From assembly GCA_035221665.1 (NCBI GenBank), contig CM069131.1, positions 76,012,001-76,076,000 on the forward strand: a stretch of 64,000 nt of DNA, in the 5' to 3' direction. This stretch comes from Okamejei kenojei. Lineage: Eukaryota. Under the pieces are notes generated by a model. It was not told where the DNA came from and did not search any database. It saw nothing but the letters and a program-made list of their open reading frames with translations. This document shows positions 40,540 to 53,189 of this stretch, piece by piece. Each line of letters starts with the position of its first letter. Positions within the stretch are counted from its first letter, which is position 1. The position numbers were made by a program, and so were the translations under genes.

Positions 40540-41610
40540 CAGGAATTTGCAGAGGTCAATTAGGAAACTCCGTTTGCTGGTAAGGTGATGGCTGCAAAGC
40601 TTTTGAAAGAGAGTTAGCAAGAGGCCAGGTGAAGGGCAAGGTTGGCTATTTCAGTGAAGTCCTGGTTGATGAGGGATGTGGAGGCTCTGGTCCGGAATAT
40701 AAATTATGCATACAACAGATTTAGGCTGTCAAGATCAAACAAATCCCTCCCCGAGTATGAAAAGTGTAGGAGTACACTTAAGAAAACAAACAAGAGAGCA
40801 AAAAGCTGAATTGAAATTGATCTGACAGGCAAAGTAAAAGAAAATCCTAAGAGTTTCCGCAAGTATATTTAGAGTAAAAGTGTGGCAAAGGATAAAACAA
40901 GTCCCCTTAAAGATTACAATGGCTCTCGTTGTGCAGAACCACATGAGATGGGAGAGATATTAACTGAATATTTCTCATCCTTTTTTACAAATTAGAATAC
41001 TATGGATGCTAAGGAACTGAGGTATGAGTTGTGATGTCTTCGATCATAGCCAAAAAATCAAAGACAAGGCATTGGTGGTTTTAAATTCCATTAATGTGCG
41101 TGAATGCCCAGGGTCTGGCGAAGTGCATCCTTGGACATTGTGGGAATATGCACAGATATTTGCATAATTGTTTTGCCACAGATGAAGTAGCAGAAAACCG
41201 GAAAGTGGCCAATGTTGTTCCATAATTTAGTAAGGGCAGCAAGGACAAGCCAAGGAACTATAGGCCAGTGAGCATGACATTGGTGGTTGGAAGTTTGTTG
41301 CAGGGGATGTACCAGCATTTCGATAAGCATGGACTGATCGGGATAGGCAGCTTAGCTTTGTGTGTGGGAAATCATGTTTCACAAATCTGAATTGAAGAGG
41401 TCACCAAAAGGATTGAAGAAGTCAGGGCAGTGAACGTTATCTATATGGACTTTCGCAAGGTCTTTGACAAGGTCCCTTTGACAAGATAGACTAGAAGGTT
41501 AGAACGCATGGATCCCAGGTGAGTTAGACAATTGGATTTAAAATTGGCTTTGGGGAAGCAGTCAAAGGATAGTTGTGGAGGGTTGGTTCTCTGATTGGAG
41601 CCTGTTTCTG
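40540..41610 (+). mobile_element. Old degenerate CR1 LINE
   Basis: KENPK, LTEYFSS, PGNYRPVS, YMDFRKVFDKVP remnants. Confidence 0.7.
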
Positions 41611-41709
41611 TGCTGCAGCTCCATAACTCAATGTGCTTATGAAGTTATATCAGGACATGGTAAAAGGTAGAACCATCAGGACATGGTAAAAGGTAGCACT
41701 TTGTGTTTT

Positions 41710-43250
41710 CTGCAAAACACAAAGTGCTAGAGAAACTCAGTGGGTCAGGCAGCATCTGTGGAGGGAATGGACAGATTACCTTTTGGGCTGGGTCCTTTTC
41801 TCAGACTGATTGTAGTAGGGAGGAGAAAGCTGGAAAAAAGAAGTCTCGTAAGTGATAAGGAGGGGAGATAAAAGGAAAATAGAGGACAGGGAGATTAGTG
41901 TACACAGGCGGGGAATGGAGCAGGGTGACCGGGGGGTGGGAGATATGAGACAAATGTATGCACATCGGTGTGGTAAATGGCCCTGGGAAAAAGAAGGGCA
42001 AAGAGGAATATTACCCAAGCAAAATTTATGCTGATGCTCCTGTTTGCTCGTGGCCTCATTCTGGCCATGGAGGAGGCCCAGGACAGGAGGTCAGAATGGA
42101 ATTGGAAAGGAGAGTTAAAATGGTTATTAATTGGGAGATCCAGCAGATTTTGTGGGAACAGCGCGCGTATTCAGTGAAATGGTCGCCGTCTACTCTTGAT
42201 CTTACCAATGTAAAGGAAGCCTCGTTGGGAGCACCAAACGCAATAGACATGGTTTGGAGAGATGCTTGTGAACCTGTCTCATCTGATAGGGCTGCTGGAC
42301 TCCCTGGATGGAAGCGAGAGGAGATGGGTTTAGGCTTATTATCGCCACATGTACCAAGTACAGTAAAATGCTTTGCTTTGCATATAATCCAATCAAATCA
42401 GATAATACTATACATAAATACAATCAAGCAAAACTCAAATACAATAAGTAGAGAGAAGGGAAAGATACACAGTGCAGAATATAGTTCTCAGATGTAGGGA
42501 CAGGTGGCACAACTCCTGTGGTTACAGGGGAACGTTCTTGGGAAGGGGACGGGTTAGGTGGGAAGGGAGGATTTGACATGGGAGTGGGCTGTATGAAAAG
42601 GAAAAGGGGTGGGAAAAGGAAGATGTGACTGGTAATGGGGTCACGATGAATGTGGTGCAAATGTTGGGAAATATTGCATTGGATGTGACGGCTGGTGGGG
42701 TGAAAGTTGGGGACAAGGTGAGCTCTATCCTTGTTCAATCTGCACAGGGAAAGGGAGTGAGACAAGAACACAACGTTGTGGAAACATAGGCGAGGGATCC
42801 ATCCAGAACAACTGGGGTGAAAACACGTTTACTGAAAAAGGAGGACATCTTGAATGTTCTAGAGACACAAATATTGAGAGTAAAGGAGGCAGTAGTGTAG
42901 TCAAAGTAACTATGGGAGTCTGTGCGTTTGTAGTGGATGTCGGTACATAGTTTGTACCCTGTGATGGACACAGAGAGATCGAGAAAGGTGAGAAAGATAT
43001 CAAAGATGGTGCAGGTGAATTTGAGGCCAGGATAGAAAGTTAGTAACAAAGTTGATTAAATCAATTAATGCTGCATGGGTGCAGAGGCAACCCTGATGCA
43101 GTCATCAATGTAGTGGAGAAAATGTTGGGGAATGTTGCCAGAGTATGAGTGTTAAACATTATCATTAAATAGACAGACATCGCTGGGGTCTCAGTGAATA
43201 TCCATAGCTACATCTTTTACTTTCAAAAAACAGGAGTAAAAAGAGAAGTT
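41710..43250 (-). mobile_element. Older Penelope-like element with RT and GIY-YIG remnants
   Basis: HYIDDC (~43105), FLDLSVSI..., TDIHYKRTDSHSY; hammerhead-type terminus at ~41710-41810. Confidence 0.75.
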
Positions 43251-45078
43251 GTTAAGGGTGAGATTGAGAACAGTCATGAAAAGGAATTCAAATTTGGCAT
43301 TTTACTATTCCGTCGCTTGAAGACAAGAGAAATGTGTGTGTTTATACAAGGGTAAGTGTATCAATGCTGGGGAAAATAATACATCACTATTATTTTTTAA
43401 ATTTGCACCAGATGATAAGTGACAATTGACTAATGACAAGTAAAAGGGTTGAAACATTCTTGGAATACCAGAAATAGTTGTGTAATTCAACAGCGAATGA
43501 CCACATTACCTTCAAGAATGTTAGAGACATTCTTGAGAGAAAGCAATACGTGTGGCGTGCAGAATTGAGATGAAGGTAAGTAAGCAAAGGGAATTCCTAT
43601 GCCATGTAACGTCCTGGCTCCAGCCTAACCTATTGCTCAAGGATCAATGACAACCCCCACACGCTGTCCCTACCACTAAAGCCATCCTGGTGATTAATGA
43701 GTGAAAATTCCTGAACACAATAACAAGATAAGTAAAAATGCACTCCTCCCAAAGAATTTCTGCACATTACATCTATGTAATGCCTTTAAAGTAAAGTGCT
43801 ACAAGGCACTTGGCAGGTGTGTAAGGGAAACAACAATGAGATTTCAGACAATTTATCCCTTGGGCAAAGGGTTGATTGTTTATGAGGGCTTTGGGGATGC
43901 AGCATTAGTGCAAGTGACCTCAGCCAACGTTAGAGCAAACAGGAGGCGAGTCATAGAGTGATACAGTGCTGAAGGAAATGAAGAGCTCTGGATTATGATT
44001 GGGCTGAGGCTGCGAAGGGATTTAAACAAGCAGATTAGAATTCTAAATGCAAGGAATTGGATTGGAATCAAGGTAGAGCATTAATTGGGATGATGGGTGA
44101 GCTTGGTTGTGTAAAATTAATTGGCGGCCGAACAATAACATGCAGGCAAGAACAGCTTTCTACTTTTTGCTGATAAAAATACAAACGTTGGGATTTATCT
44201 TCCTAACGTTTAACCATGTGAAATTTAGAGCTACACAGACAGCACAGGTCTGGCAGCACAGGTCATGAAGGGTAAATTTATGTGTAATTAGATTCTTTGT
44301 CTTCAGATGAAGTTATCATATGTCAGCCTGTGGTTGAAGCAAACATTAGATTGTTGAAGGCATCCACGAATAACAATGTGGAAGCAGAGCTCTGCTTGCA
44401 ATTACACGCAGGAGTGTATCAGATAAGTCTCTGCACTGATTTGAGCAGCAGTTAGTTTTGGAGGACAAATCATCAGAACTACAACAGGATATCATCACAT
44501 GTTGTCATCGTGTTGAAATATGCAGTTATGCTCACAGGAGGAACACAGTCACATCTGCTTTACATAAACAGGCACATTCAGGGTTCTCACAGTGCTAATA
44601 CATAGATGTCTTTGAGAAAGGTTATCATAATGCCTGTGCAGAACAATATATACACATGTAATGTTATATCCAATATTCCTTACAGAAACTTGACAGAAAA
44701 ATAGGTCAGACATTTAGAAGAAAAATTAGTTTCTGTTTTTTGTGAAGATAATGGGGAGAAGTGGACTCAATCTTACACAGGAGTTTGGGTTATGAAGTGA
44801 AGGAAACAAAGCAGATTAAAGGATTCCAGGAAATCGGAGGAGAGAGAACCATAGCACTGAGTAAGAAAGGAGCTCTGATCATCTCCAAATTTAAGTAACT
44901 CCAACAGATGCAGCCACCGAGGCTCTGGGCTCTGAAATGCCCTCCCTCAATATCTTCAATTCCCTTTCCTTCTTTGTGGGACATGACATCATGCCATCGA
45001 AACAGATACAATATTTAAAAGGCGGGGCAGGAGAGTGGGAGATGGAGACAGAAAAAAAGGAAAAGAGATCAATTCTGG

Positions 45079-45109
45079 AGAGAGCGAGAGAGAGAGAGAG
45101 AGAGAGAGA
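45079..45109. repeat. (GA)n microsatellite
   Basis: Visible directly. Confidence 0.9.
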
Positions 45110-45279
45110 ACATTGTGTAGGAGAGAGTAGAGAATAAAAGGACATCAGAGGGGTAGAAAATACAGAAGAATCCACACATTGTCAGATTCTAATCTTCTAT
45201 TCAGAATTGTGCATCATGACTCCATCCAGAACAACATAGCTGTATTATTTATGAACAAAATCTGAATACGCTTAGAAAT

Positions 45280-48200
45280 GTGTAGGAAAGAACTGCAGAT
45301 GCTGGTTTACACTGAAGATAAGACACAAAAAGCGGGAGTAACTCAGCAGGTCAGGCAGCATCTCTAGAGAAAAGGAACAGGCTAAGTTTCAGGTCGAGAC
45401 CCTTCTCCAGACTGAGAGACAGGGGAAAGGAACCACAGTCAAAAAGGCCCAACAGAGGATGTACTTCCTGCGGCAGCTGAGAAATCACAATCTGCCACAG
45501 GCAATGATGGTCCAGTTTTAGACTGCCTTCATAGAGTCTGTCCGCACCTTCTCCATCGTGGTCTGGTTTGGCTCAGCCACCAAGCATGACATCCGGAGGC
45601 TGCAGTGCATCGTTCAATCGGCCGCGAAGGCTGTTAGAAACATGGAAAATAGGTGCAGGAGGACACCATCTGGCCCTTCGAGCCAGCACCGCCATTCATT
45701 GCGATCATGGCTGATCATCCATAATCAGTAACCCATGCTTGCTTTTATCCCATATCCCTTGATTCCGCTAGCCCCTATACCTCAATCTAACTCTCTTTTA
45801 AATTAATCCAGTGAATTGGCCTCTACTGCCTTCTGTGGCAGAGAATTCCAAAAATTCACAACTCTCTGGGTGTCATTTTTTTTTCTCAACTCAATTTTAA
45901 ATGACTTCCCCTTTATTCTTAGACAGTGGCCCCTGGTTCTGGACTCCCCCAACATTGGGAACATTTTCCTGCATCTAGCTTGCCCAGTCCTTTTATAATT
46001 TTATAAAATCTATAAGATCCCTTCTCATCCTAAATTCCAGTGAATACTAGCCCAGTCTTTCCAATCTTTCCTCATATGACAGTCCCGCCATCCCGGGGAT
46101 TAACCTCGTGAAGCTATGCTGCACTGCCTCAATAGCAAGGATGTCCTTCCTCAAATTAGGAGACCAAAACTGCACACTCCAGATGTGGTCTCACCAGGCC
46201 TTGTACAAATGCAGAAGGACCTCTTTACTCCTATACTCAAATCCTCTCGTTACAGCCATTTGGAAAAGTGGGCTGAAAGATGGCAGATGGAGTTTAATGC
46301 TGTTAAGTGTGAAGTGCTACATCTTGGCAGGACAAATCAAAATAGGAAGTACATGGTAAATGGTAGGGAATTGAGGAATGCTGTGGAACAGAGGGATCTA
46401 GGAATAACTGTGCATAGTTCCCTGAAGGTGGAATCGCATGTAGATAGGGTGGTAAAGAAAGCCTTTGGTGTGCTGGCCTTTATAAATCAGAGCATTGAAT
46501 ATAGGAGTAGGGAAGTAATGTTAAAATTGTACAAGGCATTGGTAAGACCAATTCTGGAGTATGGTGTACAATTTTGGTCGCCTAGTTATAGGAAGGATGT
46601 CAACAAAATAGAGAGAGTACAGAGGAGATTTACTAGAATGTTGCCAGAGTTCCAGCAACTATGTTACAGAGAAAGGTTGAACAAGTTAGGTCTTTATTCT
46701 TTGGAGCGCAGAAGGTTAAGGGGGGACTTGATTGAGGTCTTTAAAATGATGAAAGGGATAGACAGAGTTGACGTGGATACGTTTTTCCCATTGAGGGTAG
46801 GGAAGATTCAAACAAGAGGGCATGACATGAGAATTAAGGGACAGAAGTTTTGGGGTAACGTGAGGGGGAACTTCTTTACTCAGAGGGTGGTGGCTGTGTG
46901 GAATGAGCTTCCAGCAGAAGTGGTGGAGGCAGGATCGATTTTAACATTTAAGAGTAAAGTGGATAGGTATATGGACGTGAAGGGAATGGAGGGGTATGGT
47001 CTGAGTGCAGGTAGATGGGACTAGGGGAAAACAAATGGTCGGCACGGACTGGAAGGGCCGAGAGGGCCTGTTTCCGTGCTGTAATTGTTATATGGTTTAT
47101 ATGGTTATGAAGGCCAACATGCCATTAGCTTTCTTCACTGCCTGCTGCACCTGCATGTTTACTTTCAGTGACTGGTGTACAAGGACACCCAGGTCACGTT
47201 GCATTTCCCTTTTTCATAATCTGACACAATTGAGAAAGTAATCTGCCTCCTTTTTCTTGCCACCAAAGTGGGTAACCTCAAATTTATCTACATTATACTG
47301 CATCTGCCATGCATGTGCCCACTCATTCAGCCTGTCCAAGACACCCAGCAACCTCCTAGCATCTTCTTCGCAGTTCACACTGCCGCCCAGCTTTGTGTCG
47401 TCTGCAAATTTGCTAGTGTTACTTTAAATCCTATCATCTAAATCATTAATATACATTATAAATAGTTGCAGCCTCAGCACCGAGCCTTGGTGCACTCCAC
47501 TCGCCACTGCCTGCCATTCTTACAGGGACCCGTTTATTCCTACACTTTGTTTCCTGTCTGCCAACTGATTATCCATGTCAATGCCCTACCCACAATAGCA
47601 GGCGCTCTAATTTTGCCCACTAATCTCCGTGTGGGACCTTATCAAATGCTTTCTGAAAGTCCAGGTACACTACATCCACTGGCTCTCCTTCATCCATTTT
47701 ACTTGTCACATCCTCAAAAAATTCCAGAAGATTAGTCAAGCAGGATTTCCCCCTCATGAATCCATGCTGACTTGGACCAATCCTTTTACTGCTATCCAAA
47801 TGAGCCGTTATTACTTCTTTAATTGACTCCAGCATCTTCCCCACCATCGATGTCAGGCTAATTGGTCTATAATTCTCTGTTTTCTCTCTTGCTCCTTTCT
47901 TGAAAAGTGGGATAACATTAGCTACCCTCCAATCCAGAACTGATCCTGAATCTATAGAACATTGGAAAATGATCATCAATGCGTCCACGATTTATAGAGC
48001 CATCTCCTTGAGTACCCTGGAATGCAGACCCTCGGGCCCTGGGGATTTATCAGCCTTCAGTCCCATCAGTCTATCCAATACTATTTCTTGCCTAATGCAA
48101 ATTTCTTTCAGTTCCTCTGTCCTCCTAGTACATCTGGGAGATTGTTTGTGTGTTCCTCAGTGAAGACAGAACCAAAGTACCTATGCAACTCTTCTGCCAT

Positions 48201-48706
48201 TTCCTTGTTCCCCATAATAATTTCACCCGTTTCAGCCTTCAAGAGCCCCACATTTGTCTTTACTAATCTTGTTCTCTTAACATACCTAAATAAGCTTTTA
48301 CTATTCTTCTTTATATACTTGGCCAGCTTACCCTTGTACTTCATCTTTTCACCCCATATTGCCCCTTTTGTTACATTCTGCTGTCTTTTGAAAGTTTCCA
48401 AATTTTTCTTCCCGCTACTCTTCTCTGTTAGACACGTTTTCTTTTAGTTTTATTCCGTCCCTAACTTCCCTTGTCAGCCACAGTTGCCTCTTACTCCCCA
48501 TAGAATCTTTCTTCCTCTTTCGAATGAAATTATCCTGCATCGTCCGGATTATGCCCAGAAACTCCTGCCATTGCTGTTCCACCGTCATTCCTGCTAGGAT
48601 CCTTTGCCAGTCGACCTTGGCCAGCCCTCTCTCATGTCTTCATAGTCCCCTTTGTTCAACTGACCCTTGTGCAACTTTGCTCAGCAGCCTCTTGGCTGGA
48701 ACCTCC

Positions 48707-48738
<32 letters not shown>

Positions 48739-49110
48739 TACACTGCAAGGGCCAGGAAGCGAGCGGGTAAGAATATCTCTGACCCCTCTCACCCTGGCCA
48801 CAAACTCTATGAAGCTCTTCCCTCTGCAAGATGACTGCGGACTGTCAAAGCCGCCACAGCCAGATATAGAAACAGCTTTTTTTCCCCCATGAGCAGTAGC
48901 TCAACTCAACAACCAAAATCCTTTTGTTCTGGTATTTTATTGCATTCTTCACATGTTTAAATTACATTTTACTCTTAATTGTTTACTGTATATTGTGTTG
49001 TTATTTGCGAGCAAAGCACCGAGGCAAATTCCTTGCATGTATACATACTTGGTTAATAAAATGTATCCAATTCAATTCAATGATGCTGCCTGGCCTGCTG
49101 AGTGACTCCA
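45280..49110. mobile_element. Nested cluster: Penelope-derived short repeat / Rex1 (+, ~45432-45635 and ~48690-49080) / CR1 (-, ~45636-48660) / CR1 (+, ~46250-47103)
   Basis: The Rex1 and minus-strand CR1 coding sequences resume after their inserts; inner CR1 ORF 46116-47024; gtta duplicated at the inner junctions. Confidence 0.8.
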
Positions 49111-50585
49111 GATTTAGTCTATCTTCTGAAAATGCTTTAATATTGAGGTCATGTGGATAGTTGTGGATAAATGGTTTGCATGCCATTTGAACAGATACTC
49201 TGTCATCTTGGATGACTCAGAGCCCACCTTTATCTATTAACACTCCTGCAAAGCAACTTGATATGTTTGCTAAATTAAAATGCCATGATAAAATTAGAAA
49301 AGGTTGTTGTTGATAGGACAGAAAAATGATTGAAGTGGGGAAGAGCTCAGGAGATGGGAGATGATGGGATTGGAGTTGAAAAGAAAGGATACAATATTGC
49401 AAAGATGCTAAAATGTTTTACTTTTCATCATAGAGAACACATTAGTGTCTTGGTCCCTTCGTGCATTCCAATCCCACAATCACCCAATGAATCCCCAAAT
49501 TTGATTTGAACAAACACTGACACCCCAGGTTAAACATTATATCAATAAACTATCAGCATCGATTTCTTAATGCAAGTGTGACCACAACCCCACTAGAAGC
49601 TGCACGAAGGACAGGCCAAAGATTGATGGAGAAAATTGTAGACTGGTATGGGTGTATATTAGAAATCACCATTATATATCTCAGGGGTTACTGGTTCTCA
49701 TGTAGTGACTACTTCCCAATCCATGATTTTACCCTTTTCTTCCTCAATCTACACTCACTTTCTCTGTTCAACCTACCTCTCCCAGGCCAGTGAGCTGCTT
49801 TCTCAGGAAAACAGCCTAGAAAATATGATCTTCTAAGATGCGGTAAGGCCTTAAATGCTATTATAGACAATAGCCAATAGACAAAAGACAATAGGTGCAG
49901 GAGTAGGCCATTTGGCCCTTCGATGATTCAGTGCGATCATGGCTGATCATCCCCAATCAGTATCTCGTTCCTGCCTTTTCCCCCATATCTCCTGATTCCG
50001 CTATCTTTAAGAGCCCTATGCAGCTCTCTCTTGAAAGCATCCAGAGAACCTGCCTCCAACATAACACATCAAGATAGCTGGGATTCCTATCTCCAGCATG
50101 TTGCAGAATTTGCTGAAGGCTGAATACGAATTGAACATGACATCTAATCATGACAGATGTGAACAGGGCATACATCATTAGTCTTTAAAATGGGGGGCAA
50201 GTGGAGGAATAAAAGTATAATTGTCACAACTTAATGTATATAATAACCGAGAGTTTGTTGTCTAAGTAAAATGAAGGTAGCAAACCTTGACCTTAAAAAG
50301 GGGAAAGGAAACTGTCCCCTATTTCCATGAATTATGCTGCAAGAGAAAAAAAAAATCACAGATTTTGGATCAGAACAGTTTGCATGTTCTCCATAATTAC
50401 ATTGCTTACATTTGCAATCAAGGGTTTTGGATAAAGTAAGATTGGTGATATCCTGAGCACCTTTACAATTGCCCCCCCCCCCCAGCATACACCAAGCACC
50501 AGATGTGGTGCAAAACAAGAGAGATCTTTACGCAGACTTAAAATAATAAATGAAAATGTCTGTAATTTAAAATCCCATTTCACAA

Positions 50586-50591
50586 TTTATT
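50586..50591 (-). terminator. Candidate SOWAHB polyadenylation signal
   Basis: AATAAA on the minus strand about 220 nt past the stop, in an AT-rich UTR. Confidence 0.4.
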
Positions 50592-50806
50592 ATACTTCAT
50601 TTAATAATGAATGCAGTGATTCTTATGATTGTTGCATGGTCTGAACTTGACTTTGGAGATAAAACTTAATAAAATATTTAAAGAAAATTTGTTAGTTTCA
50701 AAACACAATAGGTTTTTGAATAAATAAATTGCTAAAACACAATCATAATGAATACAAGTAAATATGGTATATAAGATATTCTGAATTATTTAGATTTGGC
50801 TGCATT

Positions 50807-52849
50807 TCAGTTTTCATTTTTCTCATCTTCCTCATTTATTGCAATCAAATTATCAGAGCTCAAGTGCATAAATTTTTGCATTAGATGAGGGGATTTAAGG
50901 AGAGCAGAAAATGATGTTTTTCTCCTAACAGTAGGAGATGATTTTTGTCTACTGATGCCCTTTGCTGAAAATGTACTGTTTATCTGTGTAGGCTTTGCTT
51001 GCTTGGATTCAGGAGCACCCAACATGTAGAACACATCTGCAGAAGCATCACAATTCAGGTACTGCCAGGGTTTTTTGCCACTATGGTCCCTTATATTAAA
51101 ATTTGCATGATATTTGTTAACTAAGTATTGAATGACTTTTAGTTGTCCATACATTGTGGCTATGTGCAGAGGAGTGTACCCACAGGTAGATTTAATGTTC
51201 ACGTTTAATTTTGTTCTCTGTTTCCTTGCACAACCAAAGAATTTGCTGAGTGCACGGTAGTTGCCATGCTTTGCTATCCAGTGAAGTACTGTATATCCAG
51301 AAATAAAATCCTTTTTCATGCCAATGCTGGGATCATCGGAGAACAAGGCACAGGCCTCTTCAAACATGCCCGCAGATGTTTTCACTATCCATTCATGCTC
51401 TTTAGAATCGAGTGGAACCAATGAAGATTCCTCCTCTTTCACTTTTAACAGTTCCTCTTTTTTCTGCTCCTTGAGGCTCGTTGCCTGGACCAAACTTTCT
51501 GGCCGATCCCTTGCGTTCCGAGGTAAATTTCCATCAGTCATTTTACAAACAGTGTGATGGTTGTTGACTGGTGACAATGGTTGGATTTTGTGAGGAAGCT
51601 CGTTGCTCTTGGTCACTTTAGGAGACGCATGGGTTTTGGCTGATGTGTTTTCTCCTTCACAATGCCGACTGTTACCCATTTGTTGCCTATTTCCTGCATG
51701 TAGTCTATCATTCAGTTTTCCCTGCTTCTTTGGGATACATTCTTCTGAACTTACAAATAGCTTAGCGTCGCCACCAGCCGATTGATCTTGCCATACTTTT
51801 GCGTTGCTGCTGTGTTTCTTCGATGATGAGGGGCTTACACGATGGTTGATCAATGTTGTATCACTGGGAGAAGGTGCAGTTCCCTCTATCCTGTGAGAAG
51901 GAATGACTTCCACGAAATTCGCGAAAGAATTACGGTCAGATTTATGCGATGTTTTTTCAGGAACGGGTTTTACAGATATAATCTCAGCGCTGCAGTTGGG
52001 AAGTTTTTTATGGGCAGGTTTCCCACTCCCTTTATGTTTAGCAACAGGTGGGGCGGCATAAGAAAGTATAGGCGAGGCTGTGGAAGAACCTAAAACAGGT
52101 TCATCGAAACTGTTGCCGCGATTGCCTTCACCGTTTAACAACCTGGCAGCCTCACTCGTACACAAAACAGACGCTGCAGAGTTTATTTTACTTTCTCCAG
52201 ACCTCTGTACTTTTGACCCCTCGGCCTTATTGTTCGCTGCCGTGCGATCCTCTTGACCCCGGGGTTGGTCCCCGCTGGCCCTTTCGCGACCTTCCCTGGC
52301 CTCGAGTTGTGTGAGACTCGCCACAGAGGCGCGGTCTCCACCTGGCAACCCTTTCGCCCGGTCCTTTGCCGCCTGTACAACAGCCCGGGACACGTCCGAC
52401 ACCGCCCCGGGTGAACTTCTGGGAGACTGGCGACTCCTGTCGCTCCCTTTCGGTGCCCCGAGCCCTTGAAGCCCTCCATCGGCTCCGGGTTCACCCGGTA
52501 GATGCGGAACCTGCCCGGTGTCCGCAGCCGGCGAGATCCTCTTGCCCGCCCTGTGCCCCTCATTCTCTCCTGTATCTGCAAGCCCGAGCCCCGCGTCGCT
52601 GGGACCGGATACTTCTTCGGGAATGAATTCCACATATCTCTTCCTCAGAAGGACGTACTTGACGCCGTCTTCCACCTTCACCACGGCCAGCGAGTTTACA
52701 AACTTCTTAAAGTGCTCGCGGTTCTGCAGCTGCCGCTCGGGGTCCCTCAGGAAGAGCCTGAAATGGGCGACCAAATCCGCATTCCTCACCTTCCCGCGGT
52801 GCTGAAGGAGGTAATCCAAAACAGTCTCTTGACTGAAAGAGTCAGCCAT
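50807..52849 (-). CDS. SOWAHB: Sosondowah ankyrin-repeat protein B (ANKRD56), single exon, 680 aa from MADSFSQ
   Basis: N-terminal SOWAH domain (SQETVLDYL...FLRDP...FKKFVNSLAVVK...GVKYVLLRKRY); ankyrin repeats (DFISGYTVLHWIAKHG, CGYTPLHIA, RDHSGKKPWQYL); Kozak AGCATGG; convergent to SHROOM3. Confidence 0.9.
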   Translation of the reverse strand: MADSFSQETVLDYLLQHRGKVRNADLVAHFRLFLRDPERQLQNREHFKKFVNSLAVVKVEDGVKYVLLRKRYVEFIPEEVSGPSDAGLGLADTGENEGHRAGKRISPAADTGQVPHLPGEPGADGGLQGLGAPKGSDRSRQSPRSSPGAVSDVSRAVVQAAKDRAKGLPGGDRASVASLTQLEAREGRERASGDQPRGQEDRTAANNKAEGSKVQRSGESKINSAASVLCTSEAARLLNGEGNRGNSFDEPVLGSSTASPILSYAAPPVAKHKGSGKPAHKKLPNCSAEIISVKPVPEKTSHKSDRNSFANFVEVIPSHRIEGTAPSPSDTTLINHRVSPSSSKKHSSNAKVWQDQSAGGDAKLFVSSEECIPKKQGKLNDRLHAGNRQQMGNSRHCEGENTSAKTHASPKVTKSNELPHKIQPLSPVNNHHTVCKMTDGNLPRNARDRPESLVQATSLKEQKKEELLKVKEEESSLVPLDSKEHEWIVKTSAGMFEEACALFSDDPSIGMKKDFISGYTVLHWIAKHGNYRALSKFFGCARKQRTKLNVNIKSTCGYTPLHIATMYGQLKVIQYLVNKYHANFNIRDHSGKKPWQYLNCDASADVFYMLGAPESKQAKPTQINSTFSAKGISRQKSSPTVRRKTSFSALLKSPHLMQKFMHLSSDNLIAINEEDEKNEN

Positions 52850-53060
52850 GCTGGATTTTGCAAAATGCTCATGCAAGCGTTGGTTGCAGCGGCGGCGGCA
52901 GCTCCGGGACTCTGCAGCGGGCGGGTCGCGTCTGGCGGTCGGCCAGCGCGCCGCCCCTCGCGTCTCCATACACCTGCCCCAAGGCCCGCCCCCCGCGCGT
53001 CTCATTGGCCGCTGCTCCCGGGGATCCAGGACCAGGTAGCGGCCGCTCGCCATAGGTGGG
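52250..53060 (-). promoter_or_regulatory. CpG island and probable SOWAHB promoter (GC boxes ~52950-52995, CCAAT ~53004-53008)
   Basis: CpG-rich against an AT-rich background; ccgcccc motifs and attgg. Confidence 0.6.
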
Positions 53061-53189
53061 GCTGCAGGTGAAATGCAGAGAGAGCTGCAGTGGAGTATTC
53101 AACCTGCTCCCTGTCTGCAAGTAAAACTTCAAGTGAGCCGTTTAACTCGCAGATTAATTGGCAAAATAAATGTCCCTTCATCAGTCAGA

